This document shows, one piece after another, positions 54,574 to 58,372 of a stretch of 58,372 nt of DNA. The DNA is from a virus. Lineage: Duplodnaviria > Caudoviricetes. The stretch is taken from positions 1-58,372 of IMG/VR virus record IMGVR_UViG_3300032327_000398. The stretch is one strand, 5' to 3'. Position 1 is the first letter of the stretch. Each line of letters starts with the position of its first letter. Under the pieces are notes generated by a model. That model did no database searches and was not told where the DNA came from. It saw only the letters and a program-made list of their open reading frames with translations. The translations under genes were made by a program, and so were the position numbers.

Positions 54574-55521
54574 TTAAAATTTTGAGAGCAACTTGGAGGC
54601 TAGCGAACCTGTGCCGCCACTCATAAACCCACCAGCCACTGCACCAAGAGCAGAACCAATACCCGCTGAGGACTGAGCGTTAGCTTGTTGCTGGGCGTTC
54701 CACGCACTAACTTGCGTACCGTAAGACTGCGCACCGAGCGCGCCCACATTGCCATAAATGCCCGCCGCACCGCCATAGCCCTGATTCATACTACTTCCTA
54801 GCGTCGAGGCGTTCTGTATGGGTACTTGTCCTGCTGCCAGTGAACTGTTACCAGCGTTAAGCGCAAGGCTTGTTGAGGTCGCCTGATTACCCGCTAGACC
54901 TTGACCCAGACCAATTGCATCCATGGACTTTGCCCACCCAAGCTGCAGGGCAGCATCACGCGCGCGCGTCGCCGCAGAGGCCGAGGCAGAAGCCTGCATC
55001 ACATCGGTCGCAGCGTTAATGGCGTCATTTCTACCCGAGTTCGGATTAATGCCGTAACTGCGCGCAGTCATTGAGTTGTTAGCGCGTTGTGCCGCAAACG
55101 ACTGATTAACATCCCCGATTGCTGAAGACGCAATCTGCTCACGGTTGCCTTCCGTGTTGTAGTCGTTAGCTTCTTTTATGAGCTTGTCTTGCATCGGGTA
55201 GAACACATCGGTCATACGTTTGTTGTATGCCGTGGCAATGGCTTGGTTCTGCGTGTTGATGTCATACTGCTGAGCAGAAAGCCTATTCGATGCTTCGAGC
55301 TGAGACTGCGACTGTGCTGCCATAGTCGGCCACACTTTTTCGCTAAAGTCTTTATATTCTCGTTCAGCCAGATCGGACATCTGTTTTTGCGATGCACCGA
55401 TACTCGGATCTGGATCTGGAGCACTAACGGAACTGCCCTTACCTTGGGGAATAACGCGTCCATCCAACCCACGCTGAAAAGCGCGATCTGGGAGCATATC
55501 GGAGTATGAATTAAGTCTCAT
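54574..55521 (-). CDS. DNA ejection/pilot protein
   Basis: GKGSS.SAP.PDP.IG, YGINPNSG, Gly/Ala/Gln-rich C-terminal TM-like segment. Confidence 0.7.
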   Translation of the reverse strand: MRLNSYSDMLPDRAFQRGLDGRVIPQGKGSSVSAPDPDPSIGASQKQMSDLAEREYKDFSEKVWPTMAAQSQSQLEASNRLSAQQYDINTQNQAIATAYNKRMTDVFYPMQDKLIKEANDYNTEGNREQIASSAIGDVNQSFAAQRANNSMTARSYGINPNSGRNDAINAATDVMQASASASAATRARDAALQLGWAKSMDAIGLGQGLAGNQATSTSLALNAGNSSLAAGQVPIQNASTLGSSMNQGYGGAAGIYGNVGALGAQSYGTQVSAWNAQQQANAQSSAGIGSALGAVAGGFMSGGTGSLASKLLSKF

Positions 55522-55522
55522 G

Positions 55523-55948
55523 TTAGTTTCTACCTAACCTCAAAAATCTGCACTCACTGGCTAACATGCCATAGAGAATCATATCGGTACCATCTGCACA
55601 CGCCGAGCGGATTAATCCCTCGCGTACAAAGCCCAGATGCTCGTCAAATTTTTGCGCTGGTAGGTTATCAACACGTACTAACCCCGTTACACGCCTACAG
55701 TGTAACTGCAAAAAGGGATATGCGAACACCCTAAATAAAAAATCACGGTTCATCCAGCGTTTTCCGGGCTCAGCCGCTACGTGAATATTGATACTTGTGC
55801 CAGAATATTCATTAAAAACAACACCAGCAACTAACTCACCATCTTTTTCTAGCCCGAGACCAACTGCGTCATCGAACTTACCCTCGTTAATACGCTCCCC
55901 CACCCATGCACAAACTCGGGCATCCTGTCCGTAAATAACCGTTTTCAT
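55523..55948 (-). CDS. GNAT-fold acetyltransferase-like virion-module protein
   Basis: F.YPF.QL...RVTGLV..DN....KF.E.LGFVREG.IR. Confidence 0.8.
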   Translation of the reverse strand: MKTVIYGQDARVCAWVGERINEGKFDDAVGLGLEKDGELVAGVVFNEYSGTSINIHVAAEPGKRWMNRDFLFRVFAYPFLQLHCRRVTGLVRVDNLPAQKFDEHLGFVREGLIRSACADGTDMILYGMLASECRFLRLGRN

Positions 55949-56115
55949 AATTTTATGTACTTATCTTTAACTGCTTTTATCTGGGAATACATGGGCTCAA
56001 TCTTGGGCATTAACCCATCGTTCATTGCGTGCCATAGGGCATCCATCTGATCTGCCAGTTTTGGATACTCTGCCGCCCTGAGTTTTCGGTAGTCTTCGTT
56101 ATGCTGGATAATCAA
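55945..56115 (-). CDS. Tail fibre assembly chaperone-like protein (56 aa, not in ORF track)
   Basis: TTG start after AAGGAG; YRKLRAAEYPKLADQMDALWH...IKAVKDKY. Confidence 0.7.
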   Translation of the reverse strand: MIIQHNEDYRKLRAAEYPKLADQMDALWHAMNDGLMPKIEPMYSQIKAVKDKYIKL

Positions 56116-56464
56116 CTGAGAACTCCTTGTCGAGATGTGGCCAAGATTCGATCGTGACTTTATAAGTACCAGGCTGATTAAAGCTAAGCGTGGCTGTCGA
56201 TTCAGTGCACGGGTAGCTTTGGGTTCCGATTTTGACTACGCAAGGCACAGGCAGATTTGTTAGTTCCAAACCGGTAAGCGTTGCGGGGTTTTCTGGTCTA
56301 AGCGTAACTTCACCACTGGGGATGTAGTGCGTTTGCGCAAACCATAGATCATCTACCCAAGCATGGAATGGAGATTCTTTGGTTATTTGAAGGCTGCTAT
56401 CAGTTGCCGTTAGCTGCCCAATGATTTTGCCATTTAAACGATTATAAAAAGTGATCGAGTTCAT
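56099..56464 (-). CDS. Tail-fibre-associated protein
   Basis: Coupled to the fibre gene; F..PGTY.V.IE.WP. Confidence 0.6.
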   Translation of the reverse strand: MNSITFYNRLNGKIIGQLTATDSSLQITKESPFHAWVDDLWFAQTHYIPSGEVTLRPENPATLTGLELTNLPVPCVVKIGTQSYPCTESTATLSFNQPGTYKVTIESWPHLDKEFSVDYPA

Positions 56465-58249
56465 CTTTTAAACACCTGATACAGAAGTCGTGGTTCACCA
56501 AGCAAATAACCGTCTGACATATAAAAACCAACGTAATGAGTTCCAGCGCCAAAAGTGACATAAAAAATACTGGTTGCAGCGTAATGTCTACTTTCAAATT
56601 CACCATACGGATAGTCTCCACCAATTACTTGACCAACTTCCCAAGCTCCATCAGCTACTATGACCAATACTGAATTACGATTGGCATAGCAACCTGGATT
56701 AAATGCCGTTAAACAAACGCTAAAGTCTTGAGCGCTATAAAAACCGACTGTCCCGCCGTTAGCAATAACACCCGAGTCAGTAACTGCATTACCTCGGATT
56801 TTGATTGTGTCGACTTCTAGGTTTCCAATCTTTGCATTGTTAATTGCAGCATTACCAATCTGAGCGTTTTGGATTGCACCATTAGCGATATAAGTCCAGA
56901 CACTATTTGAATCAATCTGACCATATATGTTCGATCCGAATGTAGCCCCATTCGTTGCATAATTCTCAGGCCTGCCACCAGAATCCCAAACCTGATCCCA
57001 TCGTGCCCCAAGTGTTGCATTGTCTTGTGGTTTACCACCTCCATATACTTGACTGCCCCACTCAGCACCCCAAGTCGCATTATCTTGAGGTTTACCACCA
57101 CCGTAAACATTATTCCAATTTGCCGTTAACGCTGCGTTACTAATGCTCGGAACAAGGTCTGAGTTTCTTGTTCCATTTGCTGCATAATCTGGATTAAGTG
57201 CAGATCCTGAGCCAAGAATAATGTTTCCGTATACGTCACGAATCATCAAGCCATTGGTATTGATCTTGTCTGCTGTTAACGAAGAGGCAAGAATTCTATC
57301 GGCACTGATGTAGCCTGCGTTAATCTTCCCAGCGTCAAGGCTATAAATTTTTGCGTTCGTGATTTGTGCATCGGCAATCTTGGCCGTTGTGATGTTTGCG
57401 TCAGCTATTTTTGCTGTAGTGATGTTCGCGTCAGCAATGAGCGCATTGGTTATTGCAGCATTCTGTATCAGCGCTGTTGTAATCTGCGCCAACCCTATCT
57501 TAGCTGTCGTTATATTTGCGTCTGCAATCTTTGCAGTGGTTATGTTTGCGTCCGCAATCTTTGCAGTAACAATGGCGGCATTAGCTATCTTTGCCGCGTC
57601 AACGGCGAGATTCCCGATCTGGGCATTGGATATTGATCCGTTCTGGATATATGCAGATTGGATGTACACCCCTGCCGGAACATTAACTCCGTTAATAGTG
57701 GTTGGTGATGTCTGCAAAACGAAGGGAAGGTTCTGCGGCGTCACACTCCATGCAGACCCGGTATAGTAACGATTTACGTACGGCGTAACGCTTGTATCAC
57801 GCCAAGTCATCCCAGGATATAAATTTGCTGAAGGTGCCGTTGCACTCACATAAGACGGCGGGGCCACCCAGAATCTGTCCGCACGAATACCAAAATCACT
57901 TGACGGGTTAGCACCTGATGTTGTCGAAGCAAGTCCAAACCCAGAGACAAACCCTGAAAGATCGACCTTAATCGTGTACTGAGCAGAAAGTCCGGATGTC
58001 TCGCTTGCTCTAGTCGAGGCCTCCAATTGAATGGCAGCAACTTGGGTTGTATTGTTGCTTGTAACCGTTGACTGCAAAGTAGTGATACTGTTTGAAAGAG
58101 CTGAGTCTGCGTTAGCTCTTGTGGTCGCTTCTGTTTGGATAGCCGCAGATTGCGTAGAGTTATTATTGGATACTGAAGATTGGAGCGTACTAATACTGGA
58201 TGCAAGGGCTGAATCGGCGTTGGCTCTCGTGGTTGCCTCTGAAGTTATT
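56461..58249 (-). CDS. Tail fibre/host-specificity protein, C-terminal part (DUF1983/J-like)
   Basis: AQYTIKVD.SG.VSGFGL and FGIRADRF motifs, ANITTAKIAD decapeptide repeats, G.KPQDNAT.GA repeats. Confidence 0.8.
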
Positions 58250-58372
58250 GCCGAACTATTCGCCGCAGTAGACCCTTCAACCGTTGTTACACGAGCGGCG
58301 AGAGCTGTTCTAGCCGTAGCCTCAGCTGTGTCTGCATTGGCTCTTGTAGTCGCTTCTGAAGTAATAGCCGAA
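58250..58372. repeat. Terminal overlap copy (identical to 1-123)
   Basis: Exact duplicate of the window start. Confidence 0.95.

Noticed and set aside
56461-57200. Diversity-generating retroelement acting on the fibre tip
   Set aside because: No reverse transcriptase gene and no TR/VR pair seen; the repeats are in-frame peptide repeats

Overview
The window is an apparently complete, circularly assembled temperate podovirus-like dsDNA phage genome of 58,249 bp; bases 1-123 repeat exactly at 58250-58372. The host is probably a proteobacterium (inference). The minus-strand arm encodes terminase, portal, scaffold, capsid, adaptors, two tail fibres, lysis genes and ejection proteins. The plus-strand arm encodes early genes, a MoxR-AAA/VWA-peptidase module, PolA, nucleases, an SNF2 helicase, a primase-helicase and AlpA. 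The arms diverge at ~20.8-20.9 kb and converge at a P4-type integrase with a tRNA-end-like attP. Most notable: (1) a type I hammerhead ribozyme 6 nt after the first early gene, in an early region that also holds a structured boxA-containing leader, iteron-like repeats and two more structured intergenic elements; (2) a 2649-aa polyvalent virion protein with an FtsK-gamma-like domain, HTH, zincin and ART-like motifs, whose linker hides two SD-preceded +1-frame nested ORFs; (3) a stand-alone sigma70 region-4 protein, recurring CTAACA/GTGTRYA promoter motifs and no recognisable CI repressor. All family calls come from motif recognition by eye, not database searches.
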